From assembly GCA_963835455.1 (NCBI GenBank), contig CAWIFT010000005.1, positions 66,402-130,401 on the forward strand: a stretch of 64,000 nt of DNA. Reading direction: 5' to 3'. Both the position numbers and the translations under genes were made by a program. How positions within the stretch are numbered: the first letter of the stretch is position 1; every line of letters starts with the position of its first letter. Below, piece after piece: positions 18,578 through 26,365 of the stretch. The notes beneath the pieces were generated by a model, which was not told the origin of the DNA, made no database searches, and was given only the letters and a program-made list of their open reading frames with translations. The stretch is from an uncultured Actinomycetes bacterium. Its GTDB lineage: Bacteria; Actinomycetota; Acidimicrobiia; IMCC26256; PALSA-610.

Positions 18578-18628
18578 GTGATCACCGGGTCACCCGATCT
18601 CCGGTCACCCGATCACCCTGTCACCCGG

Positions 18629-19024
18629 TTACATCAAGTGGTAACCGAAGCCGGTGAACGCGCCGCGCAGGTGCTCTTCGTTGTCGGGTTGGTAGCCGAT
18701 GCGCTCCATCAGCAGGTAGCCGAAGTGCCGGCGGCGGCCGACCATCGCGACCGCGCCCACGACCTCCATGCGGACCGTCAGGGACGTGCGCGGCAGGAAC
18801 AGGCGCCGCCCGAACGGAAACGCGAGCGAGAGGCCGTCCTCCCGGATCGAGAACTGCCAGGGCAGCCACCGGCCGTGCACGTAGGCGATCAGGCCGAGCA
18901 CCGTGACCCACTGGATTGCGTGGCTCGGTCGCACGACGAGGATCAGCGCAGCGAGGGCGAGCAGCAGCTTGGGCCACCAGCGCAGGAACCGGTTCCGGCC
19001 GAGATAGCCGGCCTCGTCGGCCAT
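18629..19024 (-). CDS. Hypothetical membrane protein (two predicted TM segments)
   Basis: 131 aa. A hydrophobic hairpin (WWPKLLLALAALILVV...WVTVLGLIAYV) is followed by a soluble domain. Good codon bias. Confidence 0.6.
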   Translation of the reverse strand: MADEAGYLGRNRFLRWWPKLLLALAALILVVRPSHAIQWVTVLGLIAYVHGRWLPWQFSIREDGLSLAFPFGRRLFLPRTSLTVRMEVVGAVAMVGRRRHFGYLLMERIGYQPDNEEHLRGAFTGFGYHLM

Positions 19025-19042
19025 CGCCCGAGGCTACCGCCG

Positions 19043-19117
19043 CCCAGAAGTTTCCGGACGCCCAAGAAGTTTCCGGACGCCCACGAAGTTTCCGGACGCC
19101 CACGAAGTTTCCGGACG
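19043..19117. repeat. 4 x 19-bp direct tandem repeat (core GAAGTTTCCGGACGCCCA)
   Basis: CCCA-GAAGTTTCCGGACG, CCCAAGAAGTTTCCGGACG, CCCACGAAGTTTCCGGACG, CCCACGAAGTTTCCGGACG. It begins 19 nt upstream of the minus-strand start at 19024. Each unit contains the palindrome TCCGGA. Confidence 0.9.
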
Positions 19118-19120
19118 CGA

Positions 19121-19164
19121 CGACGCCTCCGGCGGCTATGGCAATGCGTGAACCGGAGGCGTCG
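19121..19164. other. 12-bp perfect inverted repeat (hairpin) next to the tandem repeats
   Basis: CGACGCCTCCGG (19121-19132), a 20-nt loop, then CCGGAGGCGTCG (19153-19164). A second small hairpin, TCGGCC-GCAAA-GGCCGA, lies near 19211-19227. Confidence 0.6.
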
Positions 19165-19290
19165 TGCTGGGCGTCCACGCGTAGAGGGGGTCGCAGGCGC
19201 CATGAGGATTGTCGGCCGCAAAGGCCGATCCCTGAAGCGCGGTTTTCGACCGGGCTTCATTTCCGGGCGCGGTCGGCCGACGACCTGGGG

Positions 19291-19521
19291 GTGAATCTGA
19301 CACAGTGCCCGTACGACGGGGCCCAGGTCGATGTCGAGATCTCCTCCGGCGGGTCGATGCTGCTCACGTGTGCGGCCTGCTCGGCCGTGTGGGAGCGGCA
19401 CGGTGCGTGGACGGCCCGGATCCGCGAACCCGACCGGGAGAAACTCCTCACCGCCCGACTCCACGGTCTGACGATTGCGCCCGCGGAGCCGCTGCCGATG
19501 CAGTCCGTGTATCGCGCCTGA
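19291..19521 (+). CDS. Small hypothetical protein with CPxD...CxxC (zinc-ribbon-like) motif
   Basis: GTG at 19291 in ORF 18916..19521. The sequence is VNLTQCPYDGAQVDVEISSGGSMLLTCAACSAVWERHG. Moderate codon bias and a weak RBS. Confidence 0.45.
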   Translation: MNLTQCPYDGAQVDVEISSGGSMLLTCAACSAVWERHGAWTARIREPDREKLLTARLHGLTIAPAEPLPMQSVYRA

Positions 19522-19686
19522 CAAAGAAACCCGCGACAACTCGGCTCCAGGCTTGAGTCGACACCGTATTGGGAAAAACCTGTTGTGAGAAGCAATTCTC
19601 GCGCCGGCGGCATGGTCCCTGGCTTCGGCTCGCACGCGGCGGGTCGTTTACGGTGTTCTCAGTCGACCATTCGGAGGGTTCTTACA

Positions 19687-20049
19687 ATGCCGCGTTACCG
19701 AGTCACTTTGAGACGTTCGTCCGTAGAAATCGTCGAAGCGAGCAACCAGTACCAGGCTGCGATCGTGGCCCGCGATCTGTTCGGCGACAGTGTCGAAGTC
19801 GCGGATGTCTCGCCGGCTGTCGGCCGGCCGTCCGCTTCCAAAGGCGCCCGCTCCGGCGCGGCGGCGAAGTCCACGAAGAAGGTGGCGAAGAAGCGGCGCC
19901 CGTTGTCGCCGGAGGCGCGCGCCAAGCTCGCGCAGAACCTGGTGAAGGCCCGCGCGGCCCGCGCGGCCAAGGCGAAGGCCACGAAGCGCGCCGCAAAGGC
20001 GACGAAGCCCGCGAAGAAGACCACCAAGCGCGTCGCCAAGAAGCGCTGA
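19687..20049 (+). CDS. Lys/Ala-rich histone-like small basic protein
   Basis: ATG at 19687 preceded by GGAGGG. An N-terminal domain of about 45 aa (MPRYRVTLRRSSVEIVEASNQYQAAIVARDLFGDSVEV) is followed by a tail of about 75 aa made of AAKSTKKVAKKRR...KAKATKRAAKATKPAKKTTKRVAKKR. Confidence 0.65.
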   Translation: MPRYRVTLRRSSVEIVEASNQYQAAIVARDLFGDSVEVADVSPAVGRPSASKGARSGAAAKSTKKVAKKRRPLSPEARAKLAQNLVKARAARAAKAKATKRAAKATKPAKKTTKRVAKKR

Positions 20050-20053
20050 CGGC

Positions 20054-20073
20054 TCGCCGCGGCATTGCGGCGA
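20054..20073 (+). terminator. Candidate intrinsic terminator after the histone-like gene
   Basis: TCGCCGC-GGCATT-GCGGCGA stem-loop 5 nt after the stop codon, followed by AATTAT. Confidence 0.4.
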
Positions 20074-20137
20074 AATTATGACAACGGCCACAGTGGTCTC
20101 CGGCCGTCTCATTGCGAGGCGCGACGGCTCCGATGCA

Positions 20138-20166
20138 GGGGTGTCACCGATCTTCGGTGGCACCCC
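20138..20166 (+). other. Extended hairpin immediately upstream of the 20176 start
   Basis: GGGGTG-T-CACCGA-TCT-TCGGTG-G-CACCCC. 12 paired positions with a symmetric 1-nt mismatch. It ends 9 nt before the ATG. Confidence 0.5.
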
Positions 20167-20175
20167 TCATTCCTG

Positions 20176-20691
20176 ATGATCGAGCTGCGTCTCACCGCCG
20201 ATGTGAAGCGAATCGCCTCCATGCGCGACGCGATTCGTCGCGAGTGCGAACGCGCGCAAACCGGCGTCGAGCACGCGGAGATGGTGGCCTTCGTGGCCGA
20301 GCACCTCGTCGGCGGTTACGGGCGGGAACGCAAGCGCGTCGGGCGCCGCGCGTCCGAGGTGTTGATGATCGTGACCGTGCAGTCGGATGCGACCATGCTG
20401 ATGGTGCGCGACCCGCACCCCGGGCACCGCGAGCTCGGTGAGCCGCGACAGCACATGCTGCAAGCGCACACGACGCGGTGGTCGACGATGTCCGGGCGGG
20501 ACGGGCGAACCGTCTGGGCGGAGATCGCGCGCAAGCCCGGACCCACGTCCGAGCCGGTCGCCGCGGCCACGGTCGTCGCCCCAACGCAAACACCGGCCCC
20601 GGGCGCCGAGCCCGCCGACGCCGCGAGCTGGTCGGATCGCGCGATTCGTCTGCGGCTGCGCGTCGCGCCCGCGTTCCCGTCTTCCGACTGA
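20176..20691 (+). CDS. Hypothetical protein with degenerate RsbW/anti-sigma-kinase-like (HATPase_c_2-like) layout
   Basis: The pattern LRLTADVKRIASMRDAIRRE...VAFVAEHLV...LMIVTVQSDATMLMVRDPHPG...GRTVWAEI follows the order of the anti-sigma serine-kinase fold but lacks a clear N-box. The tail is Pro/Ala-rich. Confidence 0.45.
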   Translation: MIELRLTADVKRIASMRDAIRRECERAQTGVEHAEMVAFVAEHLVGGYGRERKRVGRRASEVLMIVTVQSDATMLMVRDPHPGHRELGEPRQHMLQAHTTRWSTMSGRDGRTVWAEIARKPGPTSEPVAAATVVAPTQTPAPGAEPADAASWSDRAIRLRLRVAPAFPSSD

Positions 20692-20732
20692 CCGGATCCT
20701 CCGCTACCGTGCGCGCCGTGAGCGCACCGGGG

Positions 20733-21215
20733 GCGATGAACGCGTTGCTCGCCCGGATCGGCGGCGGCCTGTTCCAGCAGGCGTTCGTCGTCGACGACTT
20801 CGAGGGCGCGCAACGTGGGCTGCGAGCGACGCTCGGCTGCGGCGACTTCGCGACCCTGCCCGCCTCGGATATCGAATACGACTTCCGGGGCGGCCGCACC
20901 ACCTGTGCGCTCGACATCGGGTTCGCCCGCAGCGGCAACATGCAGATCGAGCTGCTCCGGCCCGTCCGGGGGGTCGGGCTGCACTCGGAGTTCCTCGCCG
21001 CGAACGGCCCCGGGCTGCACCACCTCGGGTTCCTCGTCGACGACATCGACGCCGAGGTCGCGGCGGCAGGTGCACTCGGGTTCGCGCGCGTGCAGGGCGC
21101 GACGTTCGGTTCGCTGCGCTTCTGTTATCTCGACACCTGGGACGCGTTCGGCCTCTACGTGGAGCTGGTCGACGACCCGGAGGCGATGATGATGGCCCTC
21201 ATGCCCTGGCGTTGA
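20733..21215 (+). CDS. VOC (glyoxalase/bleomycin-resistance/dioxygenase) family protein
   Basis: FQQAFVVDDFEGAQ...MQIELLRP...GPGLHHLGFLVDDIDAE...FGLYVELV. Alternative GTG starts lie at 20706 and 20715. Confidence 0.75.
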   Translation, partial: AMNALLARIGGGLFQQAFVVDDFEGAQRGLRATLGCGDFATLPASDIEYDFRGGRTTCALDIGFARSGNMQIELLRPVRGVGLHSEFLAANGPGLHHLGFLVDDIDAEVAAAGALGFARVQGATFGSLRFCYLDTWDAFGLYVELVDDPEAMMMALMPWR

Positions 21216-21218
21216 GGC

Positions 21219-21969
21219 TCAGCCCGCGATCGAGAACCCTCCGTCGACGGCGAGGGTCTGACCGGTGATGTAGCGCGCCTGCGGGCTTGCGAGGAACAAC
21301 GCCGCGGGCGCGATCTCGTCGGGTTGCCGCGAACCGGCCGAGGGGTGTGCGCGCGAGCAGCGGTGCCGTCAGCTGCTCGAAGTCCATCATCGGCGCGGTC
21401 ATCCCCGTCTCGACGACACCCGGCGCGATCGCGTTCACACGAATGCCGTATCTCGCCCACGCGACCGCGAGGGTCTTCGTGGTCTGCACGATGCCGGCCT
21501 TCGCCGCCCCGTACCCCGGCACGATCTCGATGCCGAAGAAAGACGCCATCGACGCGAGGTTCACGACGCTCGCGCCGCCGTCGAACTTGCTCGCCGCGAG
21601 CAGGCCCCGCACCGCGGTCGCCATGCGGAACGCGCCGAACAGGTTCACGGTCACCGATTCCTCGAACACCTCGGGCTCGTACTCGCTGCGCCCGCCGGGG
21701 AGGTTCTGGCCCGCGTTGTTCACGAGCACGTCGAGCGCTTCGAGGCCCGCACCGACCGCGTCGATCTCCGCGGGCTCGGTCATGCGGCAGCGCTGATACG
21801 CGAACGACGTCAGGTCGACGTCGTACGCCTCGCGCGCCGCTCGCGTTCCCGTGACGGTCACGGCCGCGCCGGCATCGAGGAACGCATGCGCGATCGCCCG
21901 CCCGATGCCCGACGTACCGCCGGTGACGAGCACCCGCGCGCCGGCGAAGTCGAACGTGACGCCGCTCAT
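21219..21969 (-). pseudogene. SDR-family oxidoreductase with one apparent +1 insertion near 21320
   Basis: VLVTGGTSGIGRAIA, NNAG and YGAAKAG motifs lie in ORF 21199..21969. The expected C-terminus [35 protein letters not shown]-stop is in another frame and ends at 21219. This also removes the 17-nt overlap with the convergent VOC gene. Confidence 0.85.
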
Positions 21970-22976
21970 GCCCAGACCTTCTCCCAGCGATTGCTCGTTG
22001 CGGATCGGTACATCGCGAGCGCGAGCCGGAGCTCACCGACCGCGTACCCGGCCGGCGCGGCGGGCTGCGTCCCGCGCAATACGGCCGAGGCGAAGTCGGC
22101 GAGCTCGGCTTCGTACGAGCGCAGGTAGCCGCCCTGCTCGCCCATCTTCTTGCCCTTCCACTCCGTCCCGTCCCAGAGCTTGACCCACCCGGAACCCTCG
22201 ACGGTGAGCTCGCCGGTCGTGCCGGTGACCGTGAAGAGCGGTTGTGGCGCGATGCCGCCCGTCATCAACATCGCGTCGAACGCCGCGACGGTCCCGGAAT
22301 CGAATCGCAGCAGCGCGCGACACAGCGACTCACCCTCCATGCGCGGATCGGGATGGCCCAGCGCGGCGACCACTTCGTCGACCTCGCCGAGCCAGATCCG
22401 CAGGGGTCGCAGCCAATGGGAGCCGGTGTCGATCACCACGCCGCCACCGGCCGCGGCCTGGTCGAAACGCCACGGGCGGTCGCCGCCGTAGAAGTCGCCG
22501 AGCGCGGGGAAGAACGTGGCCGCGCGCGCGGTGACGACCTCGCCGATCGCGCCGTCGGCCACGAGGTCGCGTACCGTCAGGACCTCGGGCCAGTACTGCG
22601 CGTTCTCGGCGACCATGAAGACGGTGCCGGCGCGCCGTGCGGTCTCGAGCAGGCGGTCGCACCCGTCGATCGTCGGGGCGAGCGGCTTCTCGAGCAGCAC
22701 GTGCAGTCCCGCGTCCAGCGCCACCGTCGCCACCGGCTCGTGGAGATGGTGCGGAACCGCGAGGAGCGCGGCCTCGAATCCCCCCGCGTCCAGCGCCGCC
22801 TCGAGCGATCCGTACGCGGTCGCACCGGTGCGCGCGGCGATGCGGTCCGCGTTCTCGCCGACGGGGTCGACGGCGGCGGTGATCGTCATCGGCACTCCGG
22901 CGCGGTCGATGGCGTCGAGGTGCCAGTGCGAGATCGCGCCGCAACCGACGATCGCGGTGCGCAGCCCGTCCGTCAT
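21966..22976 (-). CDS. Gfo/Idh/MocA-family NAD(P)-dependent oxidoreductase
   Basis: The start MTDGLRTAIVGCGAISHWH lies inside ORF 21966..23801. EKPLA motif present. ATGA overlaps at both ends. Confidence 0.88.
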   Translation of the reverse strand: MTDGLRTAIVGCGAISHWHLDAIDRAGVPMTITAAVDPVGENADRIAARTGATAYGSLEAALDAGGFEAALLAVPHHLHEPVATVALDAGLHVLLEKPLAPTIDGCDRLLETARRAGTVFMVAENAQYWPEVLTVRDLVADGAIGEVVTARAATFFPALGDFYGGDRPWRFDQAAAGGGVVIDTGSHWLRPLRIWLGEVDEVVAALGHPDPRMEGESLCRALLRFDSGTVAAFDAMLMTGGIAPQPLFTVTGTTGELTVEGSGWVKLWDGTEWKGKKMGEQGGYLRSYEAELADFASAVLRGTQPAAPAGYAVGELRLALAMYRSATSNRWEKVWA

Positions 22977-24238
22977 TCGTCCTCCACTGCAACCGGAAAG
23001 CGTGCGAAGTAGTAGTCGAAGCGGGCGCGGACCGCGGCCGGGTCGAGCCCGAAGTCGCCGCGCAGGTCGTACCCGATCCGGCCGTGCTTGCCGCGCGGAT
23101 TCTCCGCCATGAACGCGTCGAGCCGGCCGCGCGCCGCGCGGGTCATGGGCAGACCGGCCCGCGCGTAGATGCGCTCGACCATGCCGATGTCGTCGGCCAT
23201 GAACTCGTGGAAGACCACGTCGATGCTGCGATCGGGCGGGAGGAGGTCGCGGTCGCGGACGCACGCACGGAGGAGCCGATCGACCCGATCGAGCCAGTAC
23301 TCCGCCAGTGCTTCGGGTTCGATCGCATCCCGTCGCATGCGGTCGCCGTACCCGAGCATCGTCGCCGCCGACTGGATGACCGCGACCGGGTCGCGGTGCG
23401 TGATCGCGAACGTCGCGTCGGGAAAGGTCGCGAGCAGCGCCGGAATCTGTTCGAGGTGTTGCGGCGACTTCAGCACCCACCGGTCCGGGCCCCGCAGGAA
23501 CGTCAGCACCTGCAGCACCTTCTTCATGTACGCGTAGTGGACGCGCTCGTCGAGGCCCAGGTAGAAGTCGCGCCAACGCGGTACCCGCGCGTACCACTCG
23601 AGCGTGTACGACGCGAAGTCGAGATCGAGGAGTTCGATCTCCTCTTCGATCGCAGTCGGGTACTGGTGATGCATGGCGCGGAGGTGCGGCACCATCTGCA
23701 GCTGTGCTTCGTAGTCGCGTCGGCAGCGGGTGAAGCGGGGATCGATTCCGTCGCGGTCGGGACCCTCGCCGGGGAGCGGAACCGGCTCGAGACTCTCCCA
23801 ATAGGGGAGCGAACGCAGCCGCGTGTCGGCGGCGATCAGGTTCACGAGGTGGGTGGTGCCGGATCGGGGGAGCCCGATCACGATGATCGGGGCGACGAGC
23901 TCGATGTCGAGGATCTCCGGGCGCCGGTGCACGAGGTCCTCGACCAGTAGCCGGCTGGTCAGGAGCCGGACCGCGCGCTGGCGGATCGCGAGCCGCCCGA
24001 TCGGACCGAGACCCGTGTCGGCCTCGACCGCGTCGATCATGGCGTGCAGGCGCGTGCGAAAGCCGGGATCACCGAAGTCGTCGCACCGGGCCCGGTCGCA
24101 CGCCTCGGCGATGAGTCGGTCCGCGTCGAGGTCGAGGTCGAGGGTGGCGACGTAGTCGAGCGCGGCCTGCTGCGCGGGAACCAGGCGGGGCGCGCGCAGG
24201 TCGTCGATGCGCACGACCTCGCCCCGCGCGTTGCTCAT
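22973..24238 (-). CDS. Sulfotransferase-family protein
   Basis: PAPS 5'-phosphosulfate-binding loop IGLPRSGTTHL and a later RDP...S block. 421 aa. Confidence 0.85.
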   Translation of the reverse strand: MSNARGEVVRIDDLRAPRLVPAQQAALDYVATLDLDLDADRLIAEACDRARCDDFGDPGFRTRLHAMIDAVEADTGLGPIGRLAIRQRAVRLLTSRLLVEDLVHRRPEILDIELVAPIIVIGLPRSGTTHLVNLIAADTRLRSLPYWESLEPVPLPGEGPDRDGIDPRFTRCRRDYEAQLQMVPHLRAMHHQYPTAIEEEIELLDLDFASYTLEWYARVPRWRDFYLGLDERVHYAYMKKVLQVLTFLRGPDRWVLKSPQHLEQIPALLATFPDATFAITHRDPVAVIQSAATMLGYGDRMRRDAIEPEALAEYWLDRVDRLLRACVRDRDLLPPDRSIDVVFHEFMADDIGMVERIYARAGLPMTRAARGRLDAFMAENPRGKHGRIGYDLRGDFGLDPAAVRARFDYYFARFPVAVEDE

Positions 24239-24254
24239 TGCGCGCCGAGGCGGG

Positions 24255-25529
24255 TCATGGCGCCTCGAGGCGATCGATCCGGTTGGTCGCGCTGCGCACC
24301 TCGCCTTCGAGCCAACGCGTCATCCAGAAGTTCGCGCGCCCGTGCTCCGCGAGCAGCTGCGTGTGCGCGGCGCGGTACGCGTCGAGCGCGCCCACGTGCT
24401 CAGGGTCGACCGCGAGTGCGATCTCGCAGAGGCGCACCGCGGTGAGCGGATCCGAAGCCGCGAGCTCGCCGGCGCGTGCGGCCACGGATTCGACCCCGCC
24501 CGCCAGTGCGACGAGCTCGGCCGCACCCTGCTCGGGCGCGGCGCCGTAGAGGTCGAGGGTCGAGTGCTGATGGAACCAGCCTGCGTACGACTCCCAGATC
24601 GCGCGCACGCTCCAGTCGACGCGGCCGTACGCCTGGCCGACCGACAGGTTCTCCGGCAGCGTGACGCTCTGCATCGCCGACCACACGTCGTCGCCGGCGT
24701 TCATGGCCGCAACCGTCGCGTCGTGTACGTAGCGCGTGGCGTCGCGGATGCGTTCGCATTCCGCGCGCACCGTGGCCCGACCCTGCACGGGCCCGTGGTG
24801 ACCGAGGAGCAGCATCTCCGGTTCGAGGTCGATGACCCGCTGCACCGAATCGGCGAAGGCCAGCGCGTCGCGCATGCGGTCACCGCGCATCGTCACGAGG
24901 TTCGGGAAGTGCCCGAACAAGGCGGAGAAGATGTTGCCGACGAGTGCGACACCGTCGTCGGGCAACCAGAGCACCAGCGAGTCGAGGGTCTCGCCGCCGG
25001 GGACGCTGATGCACTCGAAGCGGCGACCGCCGCACTCGAACGCGTACGTCTGCGAGAAGGTGATGTCGGGAACGGCGGGCCGGGCGAGGGGTGGGAGCTC
25101 GACCGCGTCGCCGCGCGCGAAGCCGGGCTGACCCATCACGTCCGCGAAGAACGGCAGCGAGCGCCGGATGCGCAGACCGTGAATGCGAACGTCGTCGGCC
25201 TGACACGCCGTGATGTCGGCCTGCGCGATGAGTTGCGTTCCGTCCTCGCGGAAGCGGTCGATGCCGCCGATGTGGTCGGTGTGGCTCTGGGTGAGCACGA
25301 TGTAGCGCGTCGGCGCGGTCGTGACCGCGTCGTAGTTGCGCTTGTGCGTCTTCGCCTCGAACCACATGCCCGTGTTCACCACGACGCGGCCGTCGTCGGT
25401 CGTGACGAGGTAGCTGCTCGACATTCCGGGTGAGCACCAGATGCCATGACCGACGTCGAGCGCGGCGGGCGCCGACGCGGGGCCGACCGCGAAGAAGTCC
25501 GGTTGGTTGCGGACGTACTCGGTCGTCAC
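24255..25529 (-). CDS. MBL-fold alkyl/aryl-sulfatase (SdsA1/BDS1 type)
   Basis: Metallo-beta-lactamase motif LTQSHTDHIGG plus an alkyl-sulfatase dimerisation-type C-terminal region. The GTG start at 25529 overlaps the upstream stop (GTGA). Confidence 0.8.
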   Translation of the reverse strand: MTTEYVRNQPDFFAVGPASAPAALDVGHGIWCSPGMSSSYLVTTDDGRVVVNTGMWFEAKTHKRNYDAVTTAPTRYIVLTQSHTDHIGGIDRFREDGTQLIAQADITACQADDVRIHGLRIRRSLPFFADVMGQPGFARGDAVELPPLARPAVPDITFSQTYAFECGGRRFECISVPGGETLDSLVLWLPDDGVALVGNIFSALFGHFPNLVTMRGDRMRDALAFADSVQRVIDLEPEMLLLGHHGPVQGRATVRAECERIRDATRYVHDATVAAMNAGDDVWSAMQSVTLPENLSVGQAYGRVDWSVRAIWESYAGWFHQHSTLDLYGAAPEQGAAELVALAGGVESVAARAGELAASDPLTAVRLCEIALAVDPEHVGALDAYRAAHTQLLAEHGRANFWMTRWLEGEVRSATNRIDRLEAP

Positions 25530-26365
25530 GTGATCTCGACCCGATCGTCCTGCTCCAACGCGCCGCCGCGGGTGACCAGCGCGTAGACGCCGACGCACGA
25601 GCTCGGGCCGAGGCCGGGGATGTCGAAGCGGTTGTGCCGGGCGACGGTCTGCAAGACCGTGTTGTCGGCCGGCAGGTCGCCCTGCGCGAGCGTCGTCATG
25701 ACGCAGCGCGGCGCGGCGAGGAACACCGACGCCTGTACCTCGGCGCCGAGCGCGATCGAGTGGCCGACCCAGTCGTTCTCGACGAAGCCGGCCGCGTCAG
25801 CGACGGCCACGACCGCGTTGGGCCGGAAGCGCTGGGGCGGGAAGCTCGTGCCCGGGCTCAGCTCGTGGAGGCGCGTGAGCGACGCGGTCGTGATGACGTG
25901 CAGGGGTGCGGCGTCGAAGAACGTGCCCGGCGCGACCGCCGCGATCTTCTCGTCGGTGACGGTGTCGTCGCGCTCGTCGGCGAATCCCTGGACCGGGAGG
26001 CGGTATTGCTCCAACCTCGCACCCTTGGGGGGTCGGGTCTCGAGCCGCACGGTTCGACCCACGATCCGCGACAACGCGACGTGCACGCCCGGATCGTCGC
26101 TGCGGATCGTCTCGCCGTCGGGCCCGGTGATCTCGACCGGCGGGAGCTCGGCGGCGTCGTCGGGTTCCGCGAGGTACGCGGCGCGGCACCCGAACAGCAC
26201 GCTCCAGCGGCGGGGGTTCTTCGCGCTCGCGACCATGCCGGTCTCCTGATCGACGAGCGCGTATCCGCGGTCGCCGAGCAAGCCGCGGTCGCCGACGATC
26301 GCCGCGTCGATCGACTCGCCGAGCATCGACTTCACGGGATAGCGGAAGAGCGCGTCGATGTTCAC
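25526..26365 (-). CDS. MOSC-domain protein (N-terminal beta-barrel + MOSC)
   Basis: LFRYPVKSMLGE start and RFRPN, with the conserved Cys in AAPRCVMTT. Confidence 0.85.
   Translation of the reverse strand: MNIDALFRYPVKSMLGESIDAAIVGDRGLLGDRGYALVDQETGMVASAKNPRRWSVLFGCRAAYLAEPDDAAELPPVEITGPDGETIRSDDPGVHVALSRIVGRTVRLETRPPKGARLEQYRLPVQGFADERDDTVTDEKIAAVAPGTFFDAAPLHVITTASLTRLHELSPGTSFPPQRFRPNAVVAVADAAGFVENDWVGHSIALGAEVQASVFLAAPRCVMTTLAQGDLPADNTVLQTVARHNRFDIPGLGPSSCVGVYALVTRGGALEQDDRVEIT

Noticed and set aside
18585-18628. GGTCACCCGAT units as PhoP PHO boxes (actinobacterial direct-repeat units of the GKTCAYYYRSG type)
   Set aside because: The core resembles the consensus, but the units are spaced 15-16 nt apart rather than the 11 nt required for cooperative PhoP binding. 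They also lie between two convergent 3' ends, not in a promoter.
19043-19117. Tandem repeats as a possible mini-CRISPR array
   Set aside because: The units are contiguous with no spacers, the period is only 19 bp, and no cas genes are nearby. It is a plain direct tandem repeat.
21199-21218. SDR stop at 21199 as given by the ORF track
   Set aside because: That reading gives an Arg-rich tail ([17 protein letters not shown]...) and a 17-nt overlap with the convergent VOC gene. The alternative frame gives the canonical SDR C-terminus and stops at 21219.
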